This document shows positions 25,200-37,581 of a stretch of 53,908 bases of DNA, piece by piece. The translations under genes were made by a program, and so were the position numbers. The number at the start of each line of letters is the position of its first letter. Position 1 is the first letter of the stretch. Below the pieces are notes generated by a model. It was not told the origin of the DNA. It saw nothing but the letters and a program-made list of their open reading frames with translations, and searched no databases. The DNA is from Octopus bimaculoides (taxonomy: Eukaryota), in assembly GCF_001194135.2 (NCBI RefSeq), contig NC_068987.1, forward strand, positions 101,483,356-101,537,263, in the 5' to 3' direction.

Positions 25200-25550
25200 A
25201 ACAGTAGCTGCACGACAACGTGAAGTATATTTGCTACTTAAATGCGGCTAACCCCTAAGGGTGAATGCTACTGTAGATTGTAGCCCCAGGAGAACATCTT
25301 CTCCAGCTGGCTATTGACACACTTTCTGTGCCCTGTCGGTATTTGCAAAGGGAAGTCATCCTTCCCATCGTCGATCTGACGTGATACGCACAGACCCGGG
25401 TTTCTGGGTTTTTTGGGGGTTTTTTTTCTTTTTAATTTAGGACCCATAATGGCATTTCCCGACAGTAATAAGTGGTGATAGTGTTCCCAGGGTGGGTACC
25501 AGCAAGGGTCTCGATGATTGAAACGAGTAAAAAAATAAGATGAAAAGAGT
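25200..25550 (+). repeat. Unclassified interspersed repeat, SINE-like 3' tail
   Basis: The end gatgattgaaacgagtaaaa resembles the tgactgaaacaagtaaaa tail of family C; the body is not assignable. Confidence 0.3.
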
Positions 25551-25690
25551 ATACCTAAATACAAATACACAAAAACACTTAGACACACACACAATCACGC
25601 GTACAATAATACATATACACATATATGTATATGCAAATATAACTATACACATATAGTTAAATATACATATGTGTATATGATGTATATGTT

Positions 25691-25740
<50 letters not shown>

Positions 25741-25761
25741 CATATACATATATATATATTT

Positions 25762-26134
25762 TTTTTTTTACTTGTTTCAGCCATCTGACTGCGGCCATGC
25801 TGGAGCACCGACTTTTAGTCGAAGAAATCGACACCTGGACTTATACTTTGTAAGCCTGGTACATATTTTTCCGGTCTCCTTTACTGAACCAGTAAGTTAC
25901 GGGGACGTAATCACGACAACATCGGTTGTCAAGCGATGGTGGGGGAACAAACACAGACACAAAGACACATACACATATATATACGACGGGCTTCTTTTGG
26001 TTTCCGTCTACCAAATCCACTCACAAGTCTTAAGTCGGCCGAGGCTAGAGTAGACGACACTTGCTGAAGATACCACGCAGTTTTACTGAACCCGGAGACA
26101 CGCGGTTGTGTAGCAAGCTTCTTACCCCATAGCC
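25762..26134 (-). mobile_element. SINE, family C, full length
   Basis: ttacttgtttcag..gcggccatgctggagcacc..gacgggcttct..ccactcacaag..cttaccccatagcc. Confidence 0.88.
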
Positions 26135-26214
26135 ATTCACATTTATATATCTCTCGCTTTGTCTCTCTCTTTCTCCCTTCTCTCTGTCCGCCCTCCCTCC
26201 TCTCTCTCCTGCTA

Positions 26215-26249
<35 letters not shown>

Positions 26250-27089
26250 TTATATAAATAAGGATAAGATCGTTATTTAAAATACCGATCATATCAAGTG
26301 GCTAGCATGTGAATAAAAACCTTATAGGTACTAATTATTATTAAACTTATAATGAGGGTNNNNNNNNNNNNNNNNNNNNNNNNNNNNNNNNNNNNNNNNN
26401 NNNNNNNNNNNNNNNNNNNNNNNNNNNNNNNNNNNNNNNNNNNNNNNNNNNNNNNNNNNNNNNNNNNNNNNNNNNNNNNNNNNNNNNNNNNNNNNNNNNN
26501 NNNNNNNNNNNNNNNNNNNNNNNNNNNNNNNNNNNNNNNNNNNNNNNNNNNNNNNNNNNNNNNNNNNNNNNNNNNNNNNNNNNNNNNNNNNNNNNNNNNN
26601 NNNNNNNNNNNNNNNNNNNNNNNNNNNNNNNNNNNNNNNNNNNNNNNNNNNNNNNNNNNNNNNNNNNNNNNNNNNNNNNNNNNNNNNNNNNNNNNNNNNN
26701 NNNNNNNNNNNNNNNNNNNNNNNNNNNNNNNNNNNNNNNNNNNNNNNNNNNNNNNNNNNNNNNNNNNNNNNNNNNNNNNNNNNNNNNNNNNNNNNNNNNN
26801 NNNNNNNNNNNNNTATATATATATATATATATATATCAATATGTGTGTGTTTGTGTGTGTGTGTGTATTCAAGTTGGCAAGATATGGAGTCTATACCCGC
26901 CCGCCCTCTCGTATTCTGAAATACACACTTCACTCCACTTGCAACGTTGCCGATATTTATCGACTCGACCGCTCATTTGGATTCAGAATTGAAACTTAAA
27001 AGACGTTACTTTTAGTTTCATTGAAATGTAATGTGTACCCGCCTTTTTAGATAATTTGTCTTATGAAGGAAATTCTTGTATTTAGGATG

Positions 27090-27240
27090 AAGATTCTTAC
27101 CGAGTCATAGAGATTCATAGGGACGGTTTCGCGGTTTACTTAGTGTATCTATTCCGCACCTGGATGGGACGCAACTTTTTTTTTCCCACAAGATTTCCGA
27201 AATCCAGCAATGAACTCATTTGCATACAGCCAATCAGAGG
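27090..27240. repeat. Repeat fragment in inverted orientation to 27641-27720
   Basis: Perfect 26-bp inverted match plus about 40 bp of degenerate similarity outward. Confidence 0.6.
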
Positions 27241-27640
27241 TCACCTTGATCTTGTCAAGTTAACAAACACATTCTACCAAGCAACTCAAGACAAAGAACG
27301 GTGTTGTAAGTCGATTGATCGCCAATTTATGCGTGATTTTAGGAGACAAGTAATTAGATAGATTTATATCTATAGCTATTATCGGATTTTGTTAGGGCCC
27401 CATATGATAAAGATGTGGATGGGAAAAAAACGTGGCTAGAGTGTGATGTGCTAACAACCCTCTCACCTTACTGTTTTACAAAGTAAACAACCACACAAAT
27501 AACTACGCAGAGACAACCATGATTGAAACAAGAACAAGAAACATTATTAAAAGAGAAAAGAAGCATGGTCATTCCTTACCCAAGTGGCCTTATCTTATCG
27601 CCCATCGCTTATGAGCTCATAAATTAGTTTGATAATTGAA

Positions 27641-27885
27641 CTCTGATTGGCTGTATGCAAATGAGTCCATAACCGAGGTTCGGAACAATCGTAGGAAAAG
27701 AAAGTTCGCGAACGGGATGTCGTCCGACGCAGGATTACTCATTTTTGCCAGCTGAGTAGACAACATGAAATGAAGCATTTTGTCCAGAGCGCGACACGTC
27801 GTCCAGTCCAGGAATCGGAAACACAATCTTATATTATGAGTCCAACACTTCAACCACTAAGCAACTCGCATCTACTTAGCCCCGA
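27641..27885 (-). mobile_element. tRNA-derived SINE-like element carrying an octamer/CCAAT segment
   Basis: ccaggaatcggaaacacaatc..caaccactaagcaac is the reverse complement of an A/B-box head; it shares ttttgccagctgagt..aaatgaag with 12510-12830. Confidence 0.5.
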
Positions 27886-27907
27886 GCCTATATTTACTCC
27901 TTATATA

Positions 27908-28122
27908 ATCTTTTGTACTATAGGTACAAGGCCTGAAATTTGGTGGGAGGGGACCAGTCGATTAGATCGACCCCAGAATGCAACTGGTCCTTAATTTATC
28001 GACCCCGAAAGATGAAAAGCAAAGTCGACCTCGGCGGAATTTGAACTCAGAACATAAAGACAGTCGAAATACCGCTAAAGATTTCGCCCGGCGTGCTAAC
28101 GATTCTGCCAACTCCCCACCTT
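27908..28122 (-). mobile_element. SINE, family B, full length
   Basis: Near-exact reverse complement of 23559-23778. Confidence 0.9.
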
Positions 28123-28989
28123 TCGCTCCTTATATAATAAAAAAATGGTTGATGATGAAAGGGAGTAAAAGCATTTGTATATGATGGCCATGTAGCCTGA
28201 TTTCAAAGTTCATATATGTTCAGCTACCGTGTTTTATCAACTTTAGGTGAACTGACATTTAGGTATACAGAAAAAAAAACTCACTCGTGAGAGAACAGTG
28301 ACTAAGATCAACTAGTGACAGTCAGATACAATAGACTATTCTATCACCCACGAAATAATCAGAGGCAAATTACGTGGCAGGTTCAGTGAGGTCGATTCTC
28401 CTTCCAATAAAAAATGAAAAATTATCCTCAATCCTCACTCGTGACAAAGGAATCAAGATCTATGCCCCTGAAGCTCTGCAAATCCAACTCTCTTTGACTC
28501 TTCATACTTAGAAACGCCCAACCCAACACTCATATTTTCTTTAAAGCTTGCGCAACAAATTTCCCTTTACTAAAGTGCATATTTAATTTATCTTCCTCAG
28601 ACACAGCATGAACCGTTGGCAATAATATCAATTAGACATGCACATGAGAGTGCAACATAGCAAAGAGCAAATTGCCCTTCAAATTTGAAGACATTACCGA
28701 CATATTGCTTAAGGACACACTTGTCTTCTCTTTCATATTTTTCTTAGTATTTTTTCTTTTCTATTTTTTTATTTTTATTTTCTTGTCGAAAGGAACAAAA
28801 CGGAATGTAATTTAAATTCAAATTCTAACTTCAGCTGTGAAACTTTTAAGCTTCCAATACTTGGCCTCTACATCTCTAGTATCAATTGAGAATATTATCA
28901 CACCTGCCCTCCCCGCCGCACACGTTTTCTGCTAGTACATACCCGCACCCAAACTCATTTACACACGTGCACGCAAATACGTACACATC

Positions 28990-29023
<34 letters not shown>

Positions 29024-29180
29024 TATACATATTCAAACATATATTGATATACATATATGCATACATATATATCTAAATATATATGTATATAGTCACATAT
29101 ATTCCTAATAGAATTGTACATGCGTATATGTATGTGCATATGTGTATGTATGTATGTATGTATGTATTTTAAACAAAATA

Positions 29181-29218
<38 letters not shown>

Positions 29219-29373
29219 TTGTGTGTGTGTGTATATACACACGCACAACCACTCATACGTGTAAAGAAATTAGATTTGAACCGACATACGCAAAATACAT
29301 GCCGCTGTTCACGTGCAGATATTCACACAGATCATCTGCATACATTTTAGAAACATATCTACGTCATTTTATT

Positions 29374-29406
<33 letters not shown>

Positions 29407-29577
29407 GTATATATATACATATATATGTACACATACACAGAAGTACATAGCCTATATGGGCTTCGAGATCCATTTCCAACTGGATAGATTGATATAGATA
29501 TATAGATATAAAAATGCGGGCGTAAACATACATACACACGCGCGTACACACATACGCGCGCGCGCACGAACACAAAC

Positions 29578-29888
29578 TCCCGACCTCGGCGGAATTTGAA
29601 CTCAGAACGTAACTGCAGACGAAATGCCGCTAGGAATTTTGTCCGACGTACTAACGATTCTACCAGCTTGCCGCTTTACAACAAGCAATAATATCCTTTC
29701 TACTAAAAGCACAGGGACTAGAATCTTACGGAAAGGACAAGTCGATTACATCGACCCCAGTACTAAACTGGTAATTAATTTATCGGCAAAGTCAACCTAC
29801 GCGAAACTTGGACTCAGAACGTAAAGACGGACGAAATGCTGTTGAGCATTTTTTTCGATGCACTAACGCTTTTGCCAGCTTGCTGCTT
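29578..29888 (-). mobile_element. Two adjacent family B SINE copies (one partial)
   Basis: gacctcggcggaatttgaactcagaacg at 29582 and aagtcaacctacgcgaaacttggactcagaacg at ~29790. Confidence 0.8.
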
Positions 29889-29914
29889 TATCTGATTAGA
29901 TCAATACCTCATTA

Positions 29915-30110
29915 AGGTAGTGAGCTGGTAAAATCGTTACTTAGCGGCATTTCGTCCGTCTTTTTGTTTTCAGTTCAAATTCCGCCAAAGTCGACTTTGC
30001 CTTTCATCCATCGGTGACCGATAAACTACCAGTTAGTCACTGGAGTCGATGTAAACGACTTACAACTTCCCATTAAATCGCTGGCCTTGTGCCAAAATTT
30101 GAAACTATAA
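29915..30110 (+). mobile_element. SINE, family B
   Basis: ggtagtgagctggtaaaatcgtta..ttcaaattccgccaaagtcgactttgcctttcatcc. Confidence 0.8.
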
Positions 30111-30149
30111 ATATAAACCCTCCCTTCCGCCCACTATCAAAAGTCACTT

Positions 30150-32530
30150 TTATCAACATTAAACCACTACTATCACCAACACCGCCATCAGCTATTACAT
30201 CTTTACAATCACCTCTACCACCAGTATACTACTGCCAACACCAAAACTTCGCCACACATTACCGCTATCGCACTCACTATATCAGTACCACCACCCCTAC
30301 CAACAACAACACCACAACTAACACCACCACCACCAAAACCACTACCAGTACCACAGCCAATACGACTACCAGCAATACCTTCACTACCAACACTACGTCA
30401 TCATAATGGCACCTACCACCCTTGTGCTACTACCGAAACCACTACGGCCATCCCTATAATATCACTACCACCTTCAACAACAACAATAACAACTTCACCA
30501 GCAACACTACCACCAATACTGCCACCAACATCAACGCTAACATCACCACCAATGTAACACCGTCACAGTTATCTTCACCATCACTACGTCACGTACCACA
30601 GACACGACCACTACTACCACTACCACCACCACCATCAACAACAAAAACAACAACATCAACATCTCCAGTAACGCTACTTCTACTACCACCAATGCTACCA
30701 CCTTCGCACCATTCTCGCTACTACAAACCACACCACCACTACCACCACCACAACCATCATCACTACCGTTATAAACTTATCGCAGCTAGCGCCGTTTACC
30801 GCCACGAATTCCACTTCTAACACCCAACAGTGCCACCATAACCAATACTTTCGTTACACCTCACTACCACCACCACCACCACCACCACCACTAACACCAC
30901 CACTACCACCACCACCACCACCACTAACACCACCACCNNNNNNNNNNNNNNNNNNNNNNNNNNNNNNNNNNNNNNNNNNNNNNNNNNNNNNNNNNNNNNN
31001 NNNNNNNNNNNNNNNNNNNNNNNNNNNNNNNNNNNNNNNNNNNNNNNNNNNNNNNNNNNNNNNNNNNNNNNNNNNNNNNNNNNNNNNNNNNNNNNNNNNN
31101 NNNNNNNNNNNNNNNNNNNNNNNNNNNNNNNNNNNNNNNNNNNNNNNNNNNNNNNNNNNNNNNNNNNNNNNNNNNNNNNNNNNNNNNNNNNNNNNNNNNN
31201 NNNNNNNNNNNNNNNNNNNNNNNNNNNNNNNNNNNNNNNNNNNNNNNNNNNNNNNNNNNNNNNNNNNNNNNNNNNNNNNNNNNNNNNNNNNNNNNNNNNN
31301 NNNNNNNNNNNNNNNNNNNNNNNNNNNNNNNNNNNNNNNNNNNNNNNNNNNNNNNNNNNNNNNNNNNNNNNNNNNNNNNNNNNNNNNNNNNNNNNNNNNN
31401 NNNNNNNNNNNNNNNNNNNNNNNNNNNNNNNNNNNNNNTCACCACCCCCAGCCCCACCACCACTACAACCACCAACATCACCACCACTACACCACCTTCT
31501 ACAATTACCTCCACCATGGTTTACCTTCATTAGATCACCATCTTCGCGGTACCTTCTTCACAAATGGCTGCACCAAAAGCCCTCCATCCAGCATCTTCAA
31601 TACCATCTCCAACAAAAACAACAACAACAACAACAATAAACATCCCAATCAACACCACCACTACCACCACCACCACTGCCTTCACCACCGACAACAACAT
31701 AACTTTCGCATTACAATACCATCAAACCTTCGACAATTATGACACCATTGTCATCAGCTCTTTCACCAAGACAACCGTCAGCACTATCACCAGTGCCACC
31801 ATTTCAGGCTTCACTACGCCACTATTACCACCATCACCACCACTACCACCACCACAACCACCACCACTACCACCACCACCACTGCCATCAGTACCATTTC
31901 CACTACTGCCACCACCACCACCACCACCACNNNNNNNNNNNNNNNNNNNNNNNNNNNNNNNNNNNNNNNNNNNNNNNNNNNNNNNNNNNNNNNNNNNNNN
32001 NNNNNNNNNNNNNNNNNNNNNNNNNNNNNNNNNNNNNNNNNNNNNNNNNNNNNNNNNNNNNNNNNNNNNNNNNNNNNNNNNNNNNNNNNNNNNNNNNNNN
32101 NNNNNNNNNNNNNNNNNNNNNNNNNNNNNNNNNNNNNNNNNNNNNNNNNNNNNNNNNNNNNNNNNNNNNNNNNNNNNNNNNNNNNNNNNNNNNNNNNNNN
32201 NNNNNNNNNNNNNNNNNNNNNNNNNNNNNNNNNNNNNNNNNNNNNNNNNNNNNNNNNNNNNNNNNNNNNNNNNNNNNNNNNNNNNNNNNNNNNNNNNNNN
32301 NNNNNNNNNNNNNNNNNNNNNNNNNNNNNNNNNNNNNNNNNNNNNNNNNNNNNNNNNNNNNNNNNNNNNNNNNNNNNNNNNNNNNNNNNNNNNNNNNNNN
32401 NNNNNNNNNNNNNNNNNNNNNNNNNNNNNNNNNNNNNNNNNNNNNNNNNNNNNNNNNNNNNNNNNNNNNNNNNNNNNNNNNNNNNNNTCCTCCTCCTCCT
32501 CCTCCCCCTCCTCCTCCTCCGCCGCCGCCA
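30150..32530. repeat. C/A-rich cryptic trinucleotide repeat (CAC/CAA/TAC/TCC)
   Basis: Read directly; contains two gaps. Confidence 0.9.
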
Positions 32531-32859
32531 TCATCGTATCTAACTCGGTACAGTGTCTCGGTGCTGTGTGATATTACGGCAGAAGATGGAGGCGAAGGAA
32601 GCGAGAAGAAATGTCGTGCACATTGATAGCATTCCTCTAGACGTACGACAGTGCACTCGGATGCACCTTTCTAATGCATATTGTGATGCACCACCACCCT
32701 CCACCACCCACTCACATTCCTTTTCATTCGCCCAATGCCACCAAGTGCAGCTGGCGATTCTTCGAATGCACTACATACACACATATATATACATATATAT
32801 ACACACATATATATATATATATACATATATAGCTCACCTGTGCGGTATCTGTGCATTGT

Positions 32860-33753
32860 CTGGTGGTGGTGGTGGTGGTAGTGGTGGTGGTGGTGGTGGT
32901 GNNNNNNNNNNNNNNNNNNNNNNNNNNNNNNNNNATGATGATGATGATGACGGTGGTGACGATGGTTGTGGGAGGGGTAAGTTCAAGAGCGGGGGGGGTT
33001 TAGGGTTGGGGCGGTTTGTAACGGAGGTTAACATATTAGACGTGGTGGCGGTGGCGGTGGTGGTGTAGTAGCGAAAATGTAGCGAAGGTGTTGCTTGTGA
33101 TGTCGGTGGTGTTGTGATGTAGTGGTGGTGTTGGTGATAATGATGATGATGATGATGATGATGATGACGGTGGTGACGATGGTTGTGGGAGGGGTAAGTT
33201 CAAGAGCGGGGGGGGTTTAGGGTTGGGGCGGTTTGTAACGGAGGTTAACATATTAGACGTGGTGGCGGTGGCGGTGGTGCCGGTGCTGAGTGTAATAGCG
33301 TTGATGGTGGAGGTGAAGTTGATGTGACCGTAGTGGTGGTGGTGGTGGTGACGGGAGTGGTGGTGGCGACGATGGTTGGGGTTATGAGAGTGGTGGCAAT
33401 AAAAGTTGTATCGGAGTGGTAACATGACGCTGGCGGTGATGTAGTAGGTGATGTAGTACCGCCGTGATCATTTTAATAGTGGCGGTGGTGGGGATGGTGT
33501 AGTGTTGGTGATAGTATAGGAATTACAGGGAGTGGTGATTAATGGCGGTGGAGTGTTGGTCGTGGTATTGGTGATGGTGGTCGTAGCGACTTTGGCAGAG
33601 TTAACGGTTGTATTGGCGAAAGTATAAGTGGTTGAATTAGTTAGTAGCAACCGGAATTAGTGCAGTTCGTATCCGTGGTGGTGTTGGTAGTAGTGGTGGT
33701 AGTGGTTGTGGTAATAATCATGGTAACAGTGGTAGTGTCGGTGGTGGTGGTGA

Positions 33754-33788
<35 letters not shown>

Positions 33789-34185
33789 GTAATGATTGTT
33801 GTTGTGGTGGTGGTGGTGGTGGTAATGGTGGTGGTGATGGTGGTGATGATGGTGGAGTGGTTGTGGTTGTGGTGGTGCTAGTGGTGGTCGTGGTCCTNNN
33901 NNNNNNNNNNNNNNNNNNNNNNNNNNNNNNNNNNNNNNNNNNNNTGTTGTTGTTGTTGGTGGTGGCGGTAGTGGTGGTGGTTGTGGTGGTGGGTGTGGTA
34001 GTGGTAGTGGTGGTGGTAGCTGTAATTGTTGTTGTTGTTGTTGATGGTCATGGTGGTGGTGGTGGTGTTGGTAGAGTCGGTGGTTGGTTGGCTGGTTGGT
34101 TGGTAAGCGGTAGTGTTTCAGTATTTGTGCAGGTGCTAAGGGACAGTAGAGGTGTTAGCATTGTCGATGATGGAAGTAGTAGTAA

Positions 34186-34218
<33 letters not shown>

Positions 34219-34390
34219 CAGCAGTAGCAGCAGCTGCAATAGTATCGGTGTTGTCCGTGATGAAAGTTGCGGCGATAGTGTAATGATGGAATTGCCATAT
34301 GGAAACGTTGATTTCAAAGTCTGGCGTCCAATGACATAACAGTGTATCTGTTATTGTCATCGTCGTCGTCGTCATCATCGTTGTTGTTGT
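32860..34390. repeat. G/T-rich cryptic trinucleotide repeat (GGT/GTT/GTA/GAT)
   Basis: Read directly; complementary composition to 30150-32530. Confidence 0.9.
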
Positions 34391-34493
34391 TTAGCCCAAG
34401 CTCTGCAAGCATTAAGCAAACCTATGATCTTGAGACATTCCATATCTGACCACCTTACGTTTTTTTTTTTGCTTTTTTTAATGTATTTATTCA

Positions 34494-35078
34494 TTTACTC
34501 TTTACTCTTTTATTTGTTTCAGTCATTTGACTGTGGCCATGCTGGAGCACCGCCTTTAGTCGAGCTAATCGACCCCAGGACTTATTCCTTGTAAGCCTAG
34601 TACTTATTTTATTAGTCTCTTTTGCCGAACCGCTAATGTTACGGGGACGTAAACACACCAGCATCGGTTGTCAAGCGATGTTGGGGGGACAAACACAGAC
34701 ACACAAACACACATACATACATATNNNNNNNNNNNNNNNNNNNNNNNNNNNNNNNNNNNNNNNNNNNNNNNNNNNNNNNNNNNNNNNNNNNNNNNNNNNN
34801 NNNNNNNNNNNNNNNNNNNNNNNNNNNNNNNNNNNNNNNNNNNNNNNNNNNNNNNNNNNNNNNNNNNNNNNNNNNNNNNNNNNNNNNNNNNNNNNNNNNN
34901 NNNNNNNNNNNNNNNNNNNNNNNNNATATATACATATATACGACGGGCTTCTTTCAGTTTCCGTCTACCAAATCCACTCACAAGGCTTTGGTCGGCTCGA
35001 GGCTATAGATGAAGACACTTGCCCAAGGTGCCACGCAGTGGGACTGAACCCGGGACCATGTGGTTGGTAGGCAAGCTT
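34494..35078 (-). mobile_element. SINE, family C, with a gap in its internal microsatellite
   Basis: Both halves match 25762-26134; the N run at 34725-34925 sits exactly at the internal (CA/TA)n. Confidence 0.88.
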
Positions 35079-35399
35079 GTTTTTTTTTTTCTTTTTCCCT
35101 TTTATTTCTCGTTTGCTGTATCCCGATCCGCTATAATTAACACCTCTTTGACATATGCCCTACCTTTCACGAGAAACGTGTAATTTGATGACTCTTAACT
35201 CCTATTTCTAACGATTTGACTGACTTCCCAAAGATTCCCTCGTTGGCCCGTAATAATGTATTTGTATCATTTCTCTTTATTTTTTGCTTTTTAGCCCCAG
35301 GCAAGCCTTCAACGAGCAGATCTGTCATCAAAGACCTTCCGATTATGATTATCCTGTGGAACCTTAGATTTTCTTATGATTAGGGAACCGTTATCTTTT

Positions 35400-35617
35400 T
35401 TTTTATCTTTTACTTGTTTCAGTCATTAGACCACGGCCATACTGGAGCACGGCCTTGAAGGGTTTTAGTAGAAAACAAATCGACCCCAGGTCTAACTTTT
35501 TTTTTTAAGCCGTTTACTTATCCTATCGTTTACTTTTGCCGAACTGCTATGTTACAGGGACGTAAACACGCCAATACTGGTTGTCAAGCAGTGGAGGGAG
35601 GGACAAACGGAGACACA

Positions 35618-35656
<39 letters not shown>

Positions 35657-35798
35657 GTATATGACGGGTTTCTTTCCGTCTACCGAATCCATTCACAGGG
35701 CTTTCTTTCAGCTGGAGGCTACAGTAGAAGTCACTTGCCTGAGGTGCCACGCAGTGGTTCGGAACGAAACTTCTTGCCAGTCAGCCATATCTGCGCCT
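35400..35798 (-). mobile_element. SINE, family C
   Basis: ttacttgtttcagtcattag..ggccatactggagcac..internal (CA)n..gaggtgccacgcagtgg. Confidence 0.85.
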
Positions 35799-35900
35799 AT
35801 GACTGCATTGTTACAATTGTTTTCCAAGTCAGAAGACTGTGTTATTTGAGAGCGATGTAGTTGCTATCTTTAGTAAATCCAAGGACTACACAGATGTTCC

Positions 35901-36348
35901 TTTCTGATTTCTTTATTGCCCACAAGGGGCTAAACATAGATGGGACAAACAAAGACAGACAAAGGTATTAAGTTGATTACATCGACCCCAGTGCGTACTT
36001 AATATATCAATCCCGAAAGGATGAAAGACAAAGTCGACTTCGGCGGAATTTGAACTCAGAACGTTACAGCAGATGAAATACCGCAAAGCATTTCGCCCGG
36101 TGTGCTAACGTTTCTTATTTCTTTACTGCCCACAAGGGGCTTAAACATAGAGGGGACAAACAAGGACAGACAAAGGGATTAAGCCGATTACATCGACCCC
36201 AGTGCATAACTGGTACTTAATTTATCGACCTCGAAAGGATGAAAGGCAAAGTCGACCTCGGCGGAATTTGAACTCGGAACGTTACAGCAGATGAAATACC
36301 GCTTAGAATTTCGCCCGGCGCGCTAACGTTTCTGCCAGCTCGCCGCCT
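35901..36348 (-). mobile_element. Head-to-tail dimer of a family B SINE subfamily
   Basis: Two ~210-bp units, each beginning tttct(g/t)atttcttta(t/c)tgcccacaagggg; only the right unit keeps the gccagctcgccgcc head. Confidence 0.88.
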
Positions 36349-36714
36349 CTTGTTCCTTTCTTGGCTGTTGTCTTCTGTTGCTNNNNNNNNNNNNNNNNNN
36401 NNNNNNNNNNNNNNNNNNNNNNNNNNNNNNNNNNNNNNNNNNNNNNNNNNNNNNNNNNNNNNNNNNNNNNNNNNNNNNNNNNNNNNNNNNNNNNNNNNNN
36501 NNNNNNNNNNNNNNNNNNNNNNNNNNNNNNNNNNNNNNNNNNNNNNNNNNNNNNNNNNNNNNNNNNNNNNNNNNNNNNNNNNNNNNNGATGATGACGCTG
36601 CGAATGATGTCGTTGCGATGTCGGTGTTGTGTGGCGGTGGTTGGTGATGATTATATGGCGGTGTAGCGTTAGTGCTCTATTACTAGTGACATATAGGTGG
36701 CGCATAGCTTAGGC

Positions 36715-36790
36715 GGTAGTGGTGATGGTGGCGGCGGCGGTAGCGGCGGCGGCGGTAGCGGCGGCGGCGGTAGCGGCGGCGGCGGTAGCG
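36715..36790. repeat. 15-bp GC-rich minisatellite (GGTAGCGGCGGCGGC)n
   Basis: About 4 consecutive units read directly. Confidence 0.85.
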
Positions 36791-36899
36791 TCGGTGGTGG
36801 TAGTGGCGGTGCTGTTGATAGTCTAATGGCGGTGGTGTGTTGGTGGGTGATGATATATATACATGTCTAGAATCAATAGGCCCCAAAACGCCAGTCTCA

Positions 36900-36927
36900 T
36901 TCCGTTTTCTTCTACCTCTACCTGTCT

Positions 36928-36969
<42 letters not shown>

Positions 36970-37107
36970 AAATCTCTTTATATCTCTCACCATTAACAAC
37001 TGCTGCACATTGCATGTTTACATGCTTATGCTCCCCCCTCTCTCTCTCTCTCTTTTCTTTCTCCTTCATTGTTTCTTTCACTGTCTTTCTCTCGCTGTTT
37101 GTATTTT

Positions 37108-37161
<54 letters not shown>

Positions 37162-37515
37162 ATCCTCTCACTCATTCCCTTTCTCTCTCTCTCTTTATCT
37201 CTCTATCATTCTTTCACTCATCCTCTTTCTCTTTCCCTCTCTCAACCATTCTCTCACACATTCTCTCCCTCTCTCCCTCTTTCTCTATCTACTATTCTCT
37301 CACTCATTCTCCCTTTCTCTCTCCTTCTCTCCCACATTCACTCACTCTTTCCGTCTCGCCACTATCTTCTTAATCTCTTTCTCTTTTTCTTTCTCTACCA
37401 TTCTCTCACACTTTCTCTCTCTTACCCTCACTCTTTCTCTATCTACTATTTTCTCACTCATTCTCTCTTTCTCTCTCTCTCTCTCCACTCTTCTCCCCCA
37501 CATTCACTCTCTCTC

Positions 37516-37581
<66 letters not shown>

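Noticed and set aside
28430-28520. ILTRDKGIKI resembling the Penelope RT ADKG motif
   Set aside because: A single weak motif with no further RT motifs nearby.
30089-31930. Thr/Pro/His-rich ORFs resembling a mucin or extensin
   Set aside because: The frames switch among T, P and H runs and stop frequently; no signal peptide or splice structure; explained by CAC/CAA repeats.
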